NCBI GenBank assembly: GCA_903827925.1
Contig: CAIKKE010000048.1
Span: 2,409-66,408 of the forward strand
From: an uncultured Francisellaceae bacterium
Lineage (GTDB): Bacteria; Pseudomonadota; Gammaproteobacteria; UBA6186; Azoamicaceae
DNA length: 64,000 bases
Reading direction: 5' to 3'
The notes beneath the pieces were generated by a model. That model was not told the DNA's origin. It saw only the letters and a list, made by a program, of their open reading frames with translations, and made no database searches. Made by a program: the position numbers and the translations under genes. Of the stretch, positions 32,208-42,800 are shown one piece after another. The first letter of the stretch is position 1, and each line of letters opens with the position of its first letter.

Positions 32208-34088
32208 ATGAGTTTAGTAAAATTTAAAGAAAATTTTGAGGTTATTGTTATTGGTGGTGGGCATGCTGGAACTGAGGCAGCTTTAGCTTCAAGCAGAAGA
32301 GGCGCCAAAACTTTATTGCTTACTAACAATATAGAAACTATAGGGTTAATGTCTTGTAACCCGGCAATTGGTGGAGTTGGCAAAGGGCATTTAGTTAAAG
32401 AAATTGAAGCAATGGGTGGAGCTATTGGCCTTGCTGCTGATTATGCAGGGATCCATTATCGAACTTTAAATAGTAGTAAAGGGCCAGCAGTACAAGCGAC
32501 AAGAGCGCAAAGTGATAGAAACTTATATCGTTTAGCAATACGCAAGATCATTGAAAATCAGCAAAATTTATTAGTATTTCAAGCCAATGTTGATGATTTA
32601 CAGATCATTAATCATCAAATAACTGGAGTAATCACTAGTTCAAAATTATTATTTTCAACTAAAGCAGTTATTTTAACTGCAGGGACTTTTTTAAATGCCA
32701 AGATCCATATTGGAGAATATAATGCTATGGCTGGCAGAATGGGGGATAGTGCATCGATTACCTTAGCTGAAAATTTATATAATTTGCCATTTAGTGTTAA
32801 TCGTTTAAAAACAGGAACGCCTCCTAGAATAGATAAGCGTACTGTGGATTTTTCTAAATTACAAATTCAACCTACGGAAAAAATTACTCCATATTTTTCT
32901 ATTTGGGAAGATCATAAAACTTTTAAAAATATCTCTAAGGTTGATTGCTATATAGCAAGGACTAATCAATATACTAATCAAATTATTATGAATAATTTAG
33001 AAAAATCTGCAATGTATGGGGGGATGATCGAAGGGATTGGTCCTAGATATTGTCCATCTATCGAAGATAAAGTGGTTAAGTTTAGTCAAAGAGATTCTCA
33101 TCAAATCTTTTTAGAGCCAGAAGGGCTATATACTAATGAATTATATCCAAATGGCTTATCTACTAGTTTACCTTTTGATGTACAAATTAAAATGATTCAA
33201 AGTATTGAAGGTTTAGAAAACGCTCATTTAACTAGGGCTGGTTATGCAGTAGAGTATGATTTTTTTGATCCAAGAGATTTAACGCATACTTTAGAGACTA
33301 AGTTTATAAAAGGATTGTTTTTTGCAGGACAAATAAATGGTACGACTGGTTATGAGGAGGCAGCAGCACAAGGTTTAATAGCAGGGATCAATGCGGCTAG
33401 TGTTGCATTAGGATTGGAGCCTTGGTATCCCACCAGACAACAAGCTTATATAGGGGTATTAATCGACGATTTAATTACTAAAGGTACGAATGAACCTTAT
33501 CGAATGTTAACTAGCAGGGCTGAATATAGATTGCAATTAAGGGAAGACAATGCGGATCATAGATTAGCTGAAATTGCACATAAATTAAATTTAATTGATG
33601 CTCTTAAGCTTGATAAGTTTTTATCTAAAAAAACCTTGATTGCCCAAGAAATATCAAGATTAAAACAAATTGTTATTACAACAAAAAGTGAAGATGCTTT
33701 AATTTTTGAAAAAATTTCCGGAAAAAAATTAGAGCATGATCTTAAAGCAATTGATTTATTAAAAAGACCAGAGGTAAATTATGGAATGTTAAATAATTTA
33801 CCTTCAGTAAATAGTACTTTAGCCGAACCTGATTTAATGAAAATCTTAGAAATTATGGTTAAATATGAGGGGTATTTGCTTAAACAACAATTAGAAATTG
33901 AAAAATTTAATCGATACGAAGATTTAGTTATTCCCAATAGTTTTAATTATACTAATGTTTCGGGATTATCTAATGAAGTGCTTGAAAAAATCAAAAAAAT
34001 ACGCCCGATAACTTTAGGGCAAGCAAGCAGGATCCCTGGAATTACACCTGCTGCCATTTCTATTTTATTAGTATATTTAAAAAAATAA
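32208..34088 (+). CDS. mnmG: tRNA uridine 5-carboxymethylaminomethyl modification enzyme MnmG
   Basis: [24 protein letters not shown] motif, [35 protein letters not shown]. Confidence 0.98.
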   Translation: MSLVKFKENFEVIVIGGGHAGTEAALASSRRGAKTLLLTNNIETIGLMSCNPAIGGVGKGHLVKEIEAMGGAIGLAADYAGIHYRTLNSSKGPAVQATRAQSDRNLYRLAIRKIIENQQNLLVFQANVDDLQIINHQITGVITSSKLLFSTKAVILTAGTFLNAKIHIGEYNAMAGRMGDSASITLAENLYNLPFSVNRLKTGTPPRIDKRTVDFSKLQIQPTEKITPYFSIWEDHKTFKNISKVDCYIARTNQYTNQIIMNNLEKSAMYGGMIEGIGPRYCPSIEDKVVKFSQRDSHQIFLEPEGLYTNELYPNGLSTSLPFDVQIKMIQSIEGLENAHLTRAGYAVEYDFFDPRDLTHTLETKFIKGLFFAGQINGTTGYEEAAAQGLIAGINAASVALGLEPWYPTRQQAYIGVLIDDLITKGTNEPYRMLTSRAEYRLQLREDNADHRLAEIAHKLNLIDALKLDKFLSKKTLIAQEISRLKQIVITTKSEDALIFEKISGKKLEHDLKAIDLLKRPEVNYGMLNNLPSVNSTLAEPDLMKILEIMVKYEGYLLKQQLEIEKFNRYEDLVIPNSFNYTNVSGLSNEVLEKIKKIRPITLGQASRIPGITPAAISILLVYLKK

Positions 34089-34100
34089 TTAATTTTTTTT

Positions 34101-34160
34101 ATGTTTTATTGTTGAACACAAGAAAAACTATCAGCTTTTTAATTTTGTCGAACTGAGGTT
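34101..34160. repeat. half copy (right arm) of the MITE-like repeat, copy C
   Basis: atgttttattgttgaacacaagaaaaactatcagctttttaattttgtcgaactgaggtt matches the right half of copy A. Overlaps the 3' end of the minus-strand gene ending at 34139. Confidence 0.8.
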
Positions 34161-35086
34161 AATAATATTGTACTTATGGATATAATTATTACTCCTAACC
34201 ATATATTAAAAGTTTCAAGAATTTCATCAAAAAATATATAGCTTAAAATTGCGCTAAAAATTAATTTAGTAATTCCATAAGGCATAATAGAAGTAATTTC
34301 TGCAGTAGCTAGAGATTTTGTAAAAGCAAAGTTTGCAACAGTTCCTAAAGTTCCCAATAATAACAGCATAAAAAAATTAGAATAATTAGGACATACCCAA
34401 GAATTAGTAATTAATATCAATATAAAACATAATGGAGCTGTAAAACCTAATATGTATAAAGTAGTTAGTTTAGGACATTCTTTGCGAGTTAAGATTTTTC
34501 TAGTAATAAGTTTGTCCAAAGAAAAAACCAGTCCTGCGCTAATTGGTAACAGTACATTTAAATTACTAAAAATATTATAGGAGATTAGATTTGTTTTGCT
34601 AATTAAGATCCCTCCAGTTATACTTAAAATAATTGCTATAAGTTTTTTAAAATTTAACTTTTCTTTTAATAATACAATAGCTCCTATTAAAGTTAGGATT
34701 GGTGAAATAAAGCTAATTGCTATAACTTGAGTAACTGGCATTTTAATTAAACTGTTGTACCATAGCAGCATACCAAATGTAGTCAATACAATTCTCAATA
34801 ATTGTAAATTTAAATTTTTAGTAGCTAAAAAACATTTAATAGGTGTGGATTTTTTAAACACAAAAGGGATCAAAAAAATTGTGCTTATAATATTTTGAAA
34901 AAATATTATAACTAAGATAGGTAATGATTGTTCAAGTTTAATTTTGTTTCCGGCTAAATATCTTACTATAATATTTATTCCGGCAAAGCATGCACAAGAT
35001 AGTATTTTCCAACCAATGCCAACTAATAGCTGTGTATTAATAGTTTGGAATATATTTTTATGGTTGCTTGTAACATAAGTTGACAT
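34139..35086 (-). CDS. DMT superfamily (EamA-type) transporter
   Basis: 315 aa, about 10 hydrophobic helices, duplicated EamA-like halves. Last 6 codons (TSVRQN) and the stop are encoded by repeat copy C. Confidence 0.8.
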   Translation of the reverse strand: MSTYVTSNHKNIFQTINTQLLVGIGWKILSCACFAGINIIVRYLAGNKIKLEQSLPILVIIFFQNIISTIFLIPFVFKKSTPIKCFLATKNLNLQLLRIVLTTFGMLLWYNSLIKMPVTQVIAISFISPILTLIGAIVLLKEKLNFKKLIAIILSITGGILISKTNLISYNIFSNLNVLLPISAGLVFSLDKLITRKILTRKECPKLTTLYILGFTAPLCFILILITNSWVCPNYSNFFMLLLLGTLGTVANFAFTKSLATAEITSIMPYGITKLIFSAILSYIFFDEILETFNIWLGVIIISISTILLTSVRQN

Positions 35087-35101
35087 AGGTAAAATAGTAA
35101 C

Positions 35102-37159
35102 ATGTTTTATAATTTAAGCAAAAAAAAATTAGCTAATGCATTAAGATTTTTAAGTCTGGATGCGATTAACTTAGCAAATAGCGGGCATCCAGGTATGCCG
35201 TTAGGAATGGCAGATATTGCTGAAGTTTTATGGAATGATTTTTTAGTTCATAATCCAAAAAATCCAAAATGGATAAATAGGGATCGGTTTGTATTATCTA
35301 ATGGTCATGGAAGCATTTTATTATATGCACTATTACATTTGTCTGGTTATCAACTAACTATTGAAGATTTAAAAAATTTTAGGCAATTACACTCCAAAAC
35401 TCCAGGACATCCAGAATATAACCTTACTCCCGGAGTAGATGCCACAACTGGCCCTCTAGGGCAAGGTTTAGGAATGGCGGTTGGTATGGCATTAGCTGAA
35501 AAATTATTAGCAAGTAATTTTAATAAGGAAAATTTAAATATTATTGACCATTATACCTATTGTTTTGTTGGGGATGGGTGTTTAATGGAAGGGGTATCCC
35601 ATGAGGTATGTTCTTTAGCAGGAATTTTAGGGTTAAATAAGTTAATTGTATTTTGGGATAATAATAAAGTTTCTATTGATGGTAGTACAGAAAATTGGTT
35701 TACTGAAAATGTAGCCCAAAGATTTGCAGCATATAATTGGCATGTAATTGAAAATATTGATGGTCATGATCCAGATAGTATAACTAAAGCTATAGTTCTT
35801 GCTAGATTAGAGCCTCATCGCCCTAGCTTATTATGTTGTAATACCACAATTGGATATGGTTCAAGTGTTGAGGGGACTTCTAAAGCACATGGCTCGCCAT
35901 TTAGTAAAGAAGAAATTGCATTAATTAGAAAAAATTTATCTTGGGATCAAGAGGCTTTTACGATATCTGCAGATATTTATGCAGCTTGGAAAGCTCACGC
36001 TTTAAAAGCTGCAGCTCGCAATATTTTTTGGGAGCAAAAATTTAAAGACTATCAACAGAAATATCCGGAATTATTTATAGAATTTAACAGAAGAATAAAT
36101 AATAATTTACCTGAAAATTTAGATCAAACCATTAATCAATTATTGCAAGAGCATTTAAATAGTTCACAAAATTTAGCCACCAGGCAAGCATCTAAGATAT
36201 TTTTAGATGCAATCAGCAATCAATTGCCAGAATTATTTGGGGGATCTGCGGATTTAGGTTGTTCAGATCTTACTTTACATGTAAATGCGGTTCCATTTCA
36301 AATTGATAATACAAACAATATAGCAAAAAAATCAAAAGAATTTAATTATTTGCATTTTGGAGTAAGAGAATTTGGGATGTTTTGTATTTTGAATGGTATG
36401 AGTTTACATCAAGGATTTATTCCATATGGAGGAACTTTTTTGGCTTTTATTGATTATGCTAAAGGTGCCTTAAGATTAAGTGGGTTAATGCAAAATAAAA
36501 TTATTTATGTATTAACTCATGATTCTATAGGGTTAGGTGAAGATGGCCCCACTCATCAGCCGGTAGAGCATTTAGCTATGCTTAGAATGATCCCAAATAT
36601 ATCTATATGGAGGCCATGTGATACAATCGAGACTATATTTGCTTGGAGATTTGCGATTTATAGTAATCATCCTACTTGTTTGATTTTAACTAGGCAAGCG
36701 GTTATGCAGCAAACAAGAGATCTGTCTACAAGAGATCTGTCTATATTAATTCAGATCCAATACGGAGGGTATATTTTATCTGAAGTTGTTGATCCAGAAT
36801 GTATTATTATAGCAACCGGATCTGAGGTTAATTTAGCAATGTTAGCTTGGAAAAAATTAAGATCTACAGTTAAAATCAGGGTAGTTTCTATGCCAAGTGT
36901 AGATGTTTTTTTACAACAATCTAAAGAGTACCAAGAACAAGTGTTACCAAGTCATATTGTAGCAAGAGTAGCACTCGAGGCTGGTAATACTTTTATGTGG
37001 CATAAGTTTGTAGGATTAACCGGGAAAGTCATTGGAGTAGATAGTTTTGGTGCGTCGGCTCCTGGAACCCAGTTATATCAGGAATTTAGTATTACAGTAG
37101 ATCATATATCACAAGCGGTGTTATCACTTTTAAATCGAGGAGCTGAAAATGGCAATTAG
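35102..37159 (+). CDS. tkt: transketolase
   Basis: [63 protein letters not shown]. Confidence 0.98.
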   Translation: MFYNLSKKKLANALRFLSLDAINLANSGHPGMPLGMADIAEVLWNDFLVHNPKNPKWINRDRFVLSNGHGSILLYALLHLSGYQLTIEDLKNFRQLHSKTPGHPEYNLTPGVDATTGPLGQGLGMAVGMALAEKLLASNFNKENLNIIDHYTYCFVGDGCLMEGVSHEVCSLAGILGLNKLIVFWDNNKVSIDGSTENWFTENVAQRFAAYNWHVIENIDGHDPDSITKAIVLARLEPHRPSLLCCNTTIGYGSSVEGTSKAHGSPFSKEEIALIRKNLSWDQEAFTISADIYAAWKAHALKAAARNIFWEQKFKDYQQKYPELFIEFNRRINNNLPENLDQTINQLLQEHLNSSQNLATRQASKIFLDAISNQLPELFGGSADLGCSDLTLHVNAVPFQIDNTNNIAKKSKEFNYLHFGVREFGMFCILNGMSLHQGFIPYGGTFLAFIDYAKGALRLSGLMQNKIIYVLTHDSIGLGEDGPTHQPVEHLAMLRMIPNISIWRPCDTIETIFAWRFAIYSNHPTCLILTRQAVMQQTRDLSTRDLSILIQIQYGGYILSEVVDPECIIIATGSEVNLAMLAWKKLRSTVKIRVVSMPSVDVFLQQSKEYQEQVLPSHIVARVALEAGNTFMWHKFVGLTGKVIGVDSFGASAPGTQLYQEFSITVDHISQAVLSLLNRGAENGN
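36713..36742 (+). repeat. perfect 15-bp tandem duplication inside tkt
   Basis: acaagagatctgtct x2 (36713-36727 and 36728-36742). Encodes [10 protein letters not shown] in the linker before the C-terminal domain. Confidence 0.95.
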
Positions 37160-38168
37160 GGTTGCAATTAATGGTTACGGAAGGATTGGCCGAAATATAC
37201 TTAGAACATTGTATGATAATTATGGTTCTAAAGTTCAAGAGTTACAAATAGTTGCAATTAATGATATTGGAGATCCTAAGATCCACGCACATTTAACTAA
37301 ATATGATTCTGTTTATGGAGAATTTGGTTTTCCATTAAATTATAAAGACAATTATTTAATTATTAACAATGATATAAATAATAAAATTAATATGTTATCT
37401 ATTTCTGAACCTAAAAATTTACCATGGAAAGCTTTAAATATAGATTTAGTTTTAGAGTGTACTGGTTTATTTTCTAGTAAATCTCAAGCGATGATGCACT
37501 TAGATGCGGGAGCTAAAAAAGTTTTAATTTCAGCTCCTTCAGGAATAGATGTTAAAACTATTGTTTATGGAGTAAATCATCAACAATTAACCAAAGAAGA
37601 TCGTATAGTATCTAATGCTTCTTGTACTACAAATTGTTTGGCGCCACTAGCGTTAACCTTACATAAAAAATTAGGTATAGAAAGTGGTTTAATGACAACT
37701 GTTCATTCTTATACAAATGATCAAGTGCTTAGTGACGTATATCATCAAGATTTAAGAAGAGCACGTTCTGCAACTACTTCTATGATCCCAACCACCACCG
37801 GTGCAGCTGCAGCTATTGGTTTGGTTATTCCGGAATTGGCAGGTAAATTAGATGGTTTAGCAATTAGAGTTCCAACCATTAATGTATCAGTAGTAGATTT
37901 AACTATTATTGCCGAACGTACCACTAATGTTGAAGAAGTTAATAATATTTTAAGAACAGCTACTTTAAATGAATTATCTGAAATTACAGCGATCAATGAA
38001 TTGCCGTTAGTCTCTGTAGATTTCAATCAACATACTGCCTCGAGTATTTTTGATTTAACTCAAACCAAAGTTGTTGGTAAATTAGTAAAAGTTTTATCTT
38101 GGTATGATAATGAATGGGCATTTGCAAATCGGATGTTAGATACAGCAATAGTTATGGCAAAACTTTGA
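37149..38168 (+). CDS. gap: glyceraldehyde-3-phosphate dehydrogenase
   Basis: [30 protein letters not shown]. Confidence 0.97.
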   Translation: MAIRVAINGYGRIGRNILRTLYDNYGSKVQELQIVAINDIGDPKIHAHLTKYDSVYGEFGFPLNYKDNYLIINNDINNKINMLSISEPKNLPWKALNIDLVLECTGLFSSKSQAMMHLDAGAKKVLISAPSGIDVKTIVYGVNHQQLTKEDRIVSNASCTTNCLAPLALTLHKKLGIESGLMTTVHSYTNDQVLSDVYHQDLRRARSATTSMIPTTTGAAAAIGLVIPELAGKLDGLAIRVPTINVSVVDLTIIAERTTNVEEVNNILRTATLNELSEITAINELPLVSVDFNQHTASSIFDLTQTKVVGKLVKVLSWYDNEWAFANRMLDTAIVMAKL

Positions 38169-38224
38169 AAACATATAAAATTGTAAAAATATATAATAAA
38201 AAAACATAAAAAAGCTTATATTAT

Positions 38225-39256
38225 ATGAATATTCGAAAAACCAAAATAATGGCAACCTTAGGTCCATCTACGGATCATATAAATACCTTAACAGATCTGT
38301 TGTTGGCTGGAATGGATGTCGTGCGTTTAAATATGTCGCATGGTAATTTTGGGGTGCATGCTAATCGAATAAAAGATTTAATGTATGTTGCAAGAAAACA
38401 TTATAAACATATAGATATTTGTGTGGATTTACCAGGACCTAAAATCAGAATTGGTAAATTTATTAATCAAAAAGTTCATTTAAAAGCTAACAATCAATTT
38501 ATATTAGATCCAGATTTGGATGAAAATTCAGGCACAGAAAAAACAGTTAAGATCTCTTACTCTAATTTGTATAAAGATTTAAATAATAAAGATATTTTAT
38601 TGTTAGACGATGGAAAAATAGCTTTAGAAGTAGAATTGATTAATGGTAATAAAATTATTTGTTTGATTAAAACTCCAGGATATTTGTCTGATAATAAAGG
38701 GCTAAGTTTGCAAGGCGGAGGATTGACAGCTGATGCTTTAACCAGTAAAGATGAAGAGGCAATCATCTTTACTGCTCAATTTAAAATTGATTTATTTGCG
38801 ATATCTTTTGTAAAAACAGCAGGTGATATTATTAAGGTTCGTAAAATAATTCAAGAAGCACATAGTAAAGCTAAAATTTTCGCTAAAATAGAAACAAAAA
38901 AAGCCATTGAAAATTTAGAAGAAATAACCAAAGAAGCTGATGGTGTTATGGTTGCAAGAGGTGATCTTGGGGTAGAATTAGGATTGGCAGTATTACCAGG
39001 TTTACAAAAATATATTTTAGAAATTGCTAATAAATATAATAAACCCGCAGTAGTTGCAACTGGGATCATGGATTCGATGATCGAACATTCTATGCCAACT
39101 AGAGCTGAGGTGATGGATGTTGCAAATTCAGTATTAGATGGCGCGAAGATTATTGCTTTTTCTGCAGAAACTGCAATTGGTAAATATCCTGCTTTAGTTG
39201 TAAAATATGCTAATGACATTTGTGTGGAGGCTGAAAAATTATTAAGGAAAGTTTGA
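38225..39256 (+). CDS. pyk: pyruvate kinase, A and B domains only (C-terminal domain absent)
   Basis: KTKIMATLGPS, VVRLNMSHGN, LPGPKIRIG, AKIETKKAIENL, VARGDLGVE, PTRAEVMDVANSVLDG, SAETAIGKYP. The ORF stops at 343 aa; from memory, typical PKs are about 470 aa. Confidence 0.85.
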   Translation: MNIRKTKIMATLGPSTDHINTLTDLLLAGMDVVRLNMSHGNFGVHANRIKDLMYVARKHYKHIDICVDLPGPKIRIGKFINQKVHLKANNQFILDPDLDENSGTEKTVKISYSNLYKDLNNKDILLLDDGKIALEVELINGNKIICLIKTPGYLSDNKGLSLQGGGLTADALTSKDEEAIIFTAQFKIDLFAISFVKTAGDIIKVRKIIQEAHSKAKIFAKIETKKAIENLEEITKEADGVMVARGDLGVELGLAVLPGLQKYILEIANKYNKPAVVATGIMDSMIEHSMPTRAEVMDVANSVLDGAKIIAFSAETAIGKYPALVVKYANDICVEAEKLLRKV

Positions 39257-39259
39257 TTT

Positions 39260-39598
39260 ATGCAAGAATCTAATCAGCTAATTCAAAATTATATTGAAGA
39301 TGTTACAATTAAAATACAAAATGAGAATTATAATGATTCTGATCTTGGTGAGATTGAAAATCGAGAGTGTCAATGTGGGTGTTTAGGAGAGGAAATATTA
39401 AAAATGTTAAGCTATTTTAAATGGATAAATAAATATTATAATTTGCGTAATTCTAATGCGGCTACTAATAGTCAAGTTAATTGTTTGGTTCCTAAAAATA
39501 TTGAAAAATTAAATGTTGAAAAATCAGATATTGTTGAGGATAATGATCGAGATTTTAGAGTAAAGAGAAGTTTTTGTAGAATAGATTTCAGTTTTTAG
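39260..39598 (+). CDS. hypothetical protein
   Basis: 112-aa ORF starting 4 nt after the pyk stop. CQCGC motif. No similarity by eye to the pyruvate kinase C-domain. Confidence 0.35.
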   Translation: MQESNQLIQNYIEDVTIKIQNENYNDSDLGEIENRECQCGCLGEEILKMLSYFKWINKYYNLRNSNAATNSQVNCLVPKNIEKLNVEKSDIVEDNDRDFRVKRSFCRIDFSF

Positions 39599-39661
39599 AT
39601 TTAATTTTTAATTTGTTAAATATTATAATAATTATTATATATTTAAATATGTTTGGATTGT

Positions 39662-39829
39662 ATGCTCAATTTTAAATTGTTAGAAATTTTAGTATGTCCT
39701 TTATGTAAAGGGAATTTACTTTACGATAAAAAGAATAATGAGCTAATTTGTAAATTCGACAAATTAGCTTATCCAATTGAAAATGATATTCCTATAATGT
39801 TGGAAGAAAAAGCCAGAGTTGTTGATTGA
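39662..39829 (+). CDS. Trm112/YcaR (UPF0434) family small zinc-ribbon-like protein
   Basis: Not in the ORF track (55 aa). [55 protein letters not shown] matches the L.ILVCP.CKG.L......EL.C....LAYPI.DGIP.ML..EAR pattern. Confidence 0.85.
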   Translation: MLNFKLLEILVCPLCKGNLLYDKKNNELICKFDKLAYPIENDIPIMLEEKARVVD

Positions 39830-39844
39830 TTTACATATTTACAT

Positions 39845-42800
39845 CTATTTAATTTTATCATCACCAGGGTTTGATTTAGGTAACTTTAAACCATCTAAAG
39901 GTTCAATTATTACTTGTTCTGAACTCTTGCTTATTGTTTTTTGGTAATTATATGTTATCTTTTTTTGGTGGATCTTTTTTTCAAGGATTTTTCTTATGTT
40001 TGGATCTTCGCATATTTCTAGTGGAGTTTTACCATCTTTATCTTTAACATTTAAGTTGGGGTTGAATTCAAGAAATTTTCTTAATTTTTGCTGGCTTCTG
40101 TTTTTTACTAATAAATGTAATGCTGTATTACCATTTTTATCTGATTGATTAATTAATAATGGATATTTATTTAAAATTTCAGTCATTTTATGTATATTAT
40201 TATCTAAAATAGATTTATGTAAAGGTATTTCTTTACTGTTTAATCTAAATTCCGGATAAATATTTAATAGCTCAATATATTTTGCATTTAAACCACGTTC
40301 TTCTCTACAAGTTTCCAATAATAGCTTAAAGAAATTTCCATCTGTATCTAAATGATTATTTGATTTTATATCTAAATTATTTTCTATTAACCATATTATG
40401 ATTTTTCGAATATCAGATAAATCTCCATGCAACATTTTAATTTCTTTGTGTTTTTCCATCGCTAGCTGCAATATATCTTTCTCAACTAGCCCGTTATCAT
40501 TCAATATTTTTTTTAATATTTTTAATGTTATTAGATTATGATTTTCACTATCTTCAATAGATATGGATTTTTTCTTTAATAATTCTGCATGTAATTCTTG
40601 TTTATTTAACAGCATTTTATTATAATCAATAGTTCTGGATATAGCTACATCTAATGCTTCTTGATTGTCTTGGAAAAATAATGTGTCTAAGCTTAAATGA
40701 TCAAATCCTTTAATATCTTTAAAAAATTCTTTAACTTCTTTTAAAAATAATGGATAGGAAAATTCAAATAAACTATGTCCACCACTTAAAAAACTCATAG
40801 TAACTATTAATGATTTAAAGTAATTTTTAAGGTTCTTAATATCATTTAATACAAACTTGTCATTTGATTTTAAATAAGACATCGCTCTTATATTAGCTAA
40901 CATAGTTCCAGATATTGAATTTACAAATGGATGAACTAAATAATCGAAAGCCATTACAGGCCAATCTGCTAAATAATTTGGCATGCCAATGTCGCTAGGC
41001 TTAACATATTTAAAAGAATTATTAGTGAAAGCTAAATCATCTATAGGTAATGGCATAAAATTTTGCATAATACCATAATTTGAACTTGAGGTATTTTCTT
41101 GTATTTTTGGTATCTTACCTCTAGCTTGATTAGAATAATATCCTGTTCCGTAAATATTTATAGGAAATTGTGGAAATTGTTTTTCATTTTTATCACCATA
41201 CCTAACGGCAACAACTGATAAAAAACAACATTTAACTAATAATAACATTTTTTCTTTATCTTTTTCTTCTAAAGCTATAAACTGTGGTTCAGATTGAATT
41301 CTATTTATAGAATCTGCATATTCTTTATGTTCATTTACAGATTGATCAGAAAATTTACCTGTAAAAACTTTATCAATATATTTATGTTCATTAATAAACA
41401 ATTTTTCTAATTCTGTATAGTAACCTTTTAGTAATGATAAATCTAATTCAGTTATAGATCTTTTCATGGTTTCAAAACAAAAATGAGATTCAAAATATCT
41501 TCTATTAGCATCTTTATTGATGACCTCAGGATTATAACTTATATTATATTTTGCAAGTAAACTACTGTCCTCACACATTGCTTTAAATTTTGATAATTCA
41601 TCTTTAGATGAAAATCCAGTTAAATATAATTTACACAATAATTTTTTTTCTTTTTTTATAGTAGAATGCTCTTGTATTAACAATAAGAGTGCTTCTCCTG
41701 GAGAAATATTAATCTTATTATCTTTTAAATTAATAATTCTATTGTGAATTAATTGCAATGCTTCTTCAATTACTGCTGTTTTAGCTTCGATTTTATTGTT
41801 TAAATTTAATTCTGGGTAAGCCTTTAAAACTTTATCATACATTCCTTTTAAATTATGGTCTTTTTCGTAAACTTTAAGTAATTCTTCTATAAATTTCTGA
41901 TTGGTTGCTTGTAAAGCTAAATCAATCGCATTCAATCCATCTTTATTTTTTATAAATGGATCTGCATTGTTTTCCAATAATAGTTTTATATTATTATTAA
42001 AATGTTTGCCTGGTTTTTCAGTAGCAGCAATTATATGTAACGCAGTATTTCCATTATTATTTTTTATGTTTCCATCATAATTTTTATTTAAAATAATGTT
42101 TAAAATTTCAGGGGTGGAAAATCTAGCAGCTTGATGAATTAATCCCCATCCATTTGGATCTGTCAACTTGTACGATAAAGCATTGTTTTCTAGATTTTCC
42201 AACATACAAGAAACTGCAAAACCATTGTTACGGTAAATCATTTCTACTAGAATTTCTAAATAGTTATTTTCTGGAATATATTTTATTAATAATTTTATTA
42301 TTGCTTCTATATTTTGTTTATTTACATCTTTTGATTGACTATGTTTTTTAATAGCTAATTGTAAAATATCTTGTTTTACAAAAGCGCCTAAATCCAACAA
42401 TTTTTCAATCAATTCTAGGTTTTTATCTTCATCTATAGCATGATGTAATGGAGACCAACCTCCTTGGTCGCAAAGATCAGGGTTGGCGCCATATGTAATT
42501 AATAATTCAACCATTTTAGGATAATTTTTTCTTACAGCAGTAATTAAAAATGTAAAAAAATTGCTACCACTTAAGCTTATGTTGTGTTGCAAATTAAAAT
42601 CTATTAGTTCGTATATTCCAAATTGTTCGATTATATCAATTTTATTATTAATGATTGCGTTTTCTAAAGTTTTAAATGCTATATAAGGATGTAGCTTATA
42701 GTATTGTTTCATTGAATTTATGATAACTTTTTGGGTTTCTATAGAGTGCACTGCTAAATCTATAGGTCTAATTCCGTCGGCATCTTTCAAGAAAGGATTG

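Noticed and set aside
35087-35101. A 15-bp divergent gap between the EamA transporter and tkt start codons as a regulatory oddity
   Set aside because: The tkt start is well supported by N-terminal alignment, but the transporter start could be a downstream Met. Without start mapping this is not a reliable observation.
39260-39598. 112-aa ORF after pyk as the split-off pyruvate kinase C-domain
   Set aside because: Its translation shows none of the C-domain blocks (for example the ...VVATQGG.SA...S..RP... pattern). It is treated as an unrelated hypothetical ORF.
40760-40786. SGGHSLFEF in the giant protein as a serine-hydrolase GxSxG elbow
   Set aside because: The motif is G-H-S-L-F, with a bulky Phe where a small residue is required, and I could not see flanking lipase blocks. 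The domain is left as unknown.
40898-40933. HPFVNSISGTML in the giant protein as a possible Fic/Doc motif (an AnkX-like Fic plus ANK idea)
   Set aside because: Only HPF matches HPFx[DE]GN[GK]R. The Gly-Asn-Gly/Lys-Arg part is absent, so there is no basis for a Fic call.
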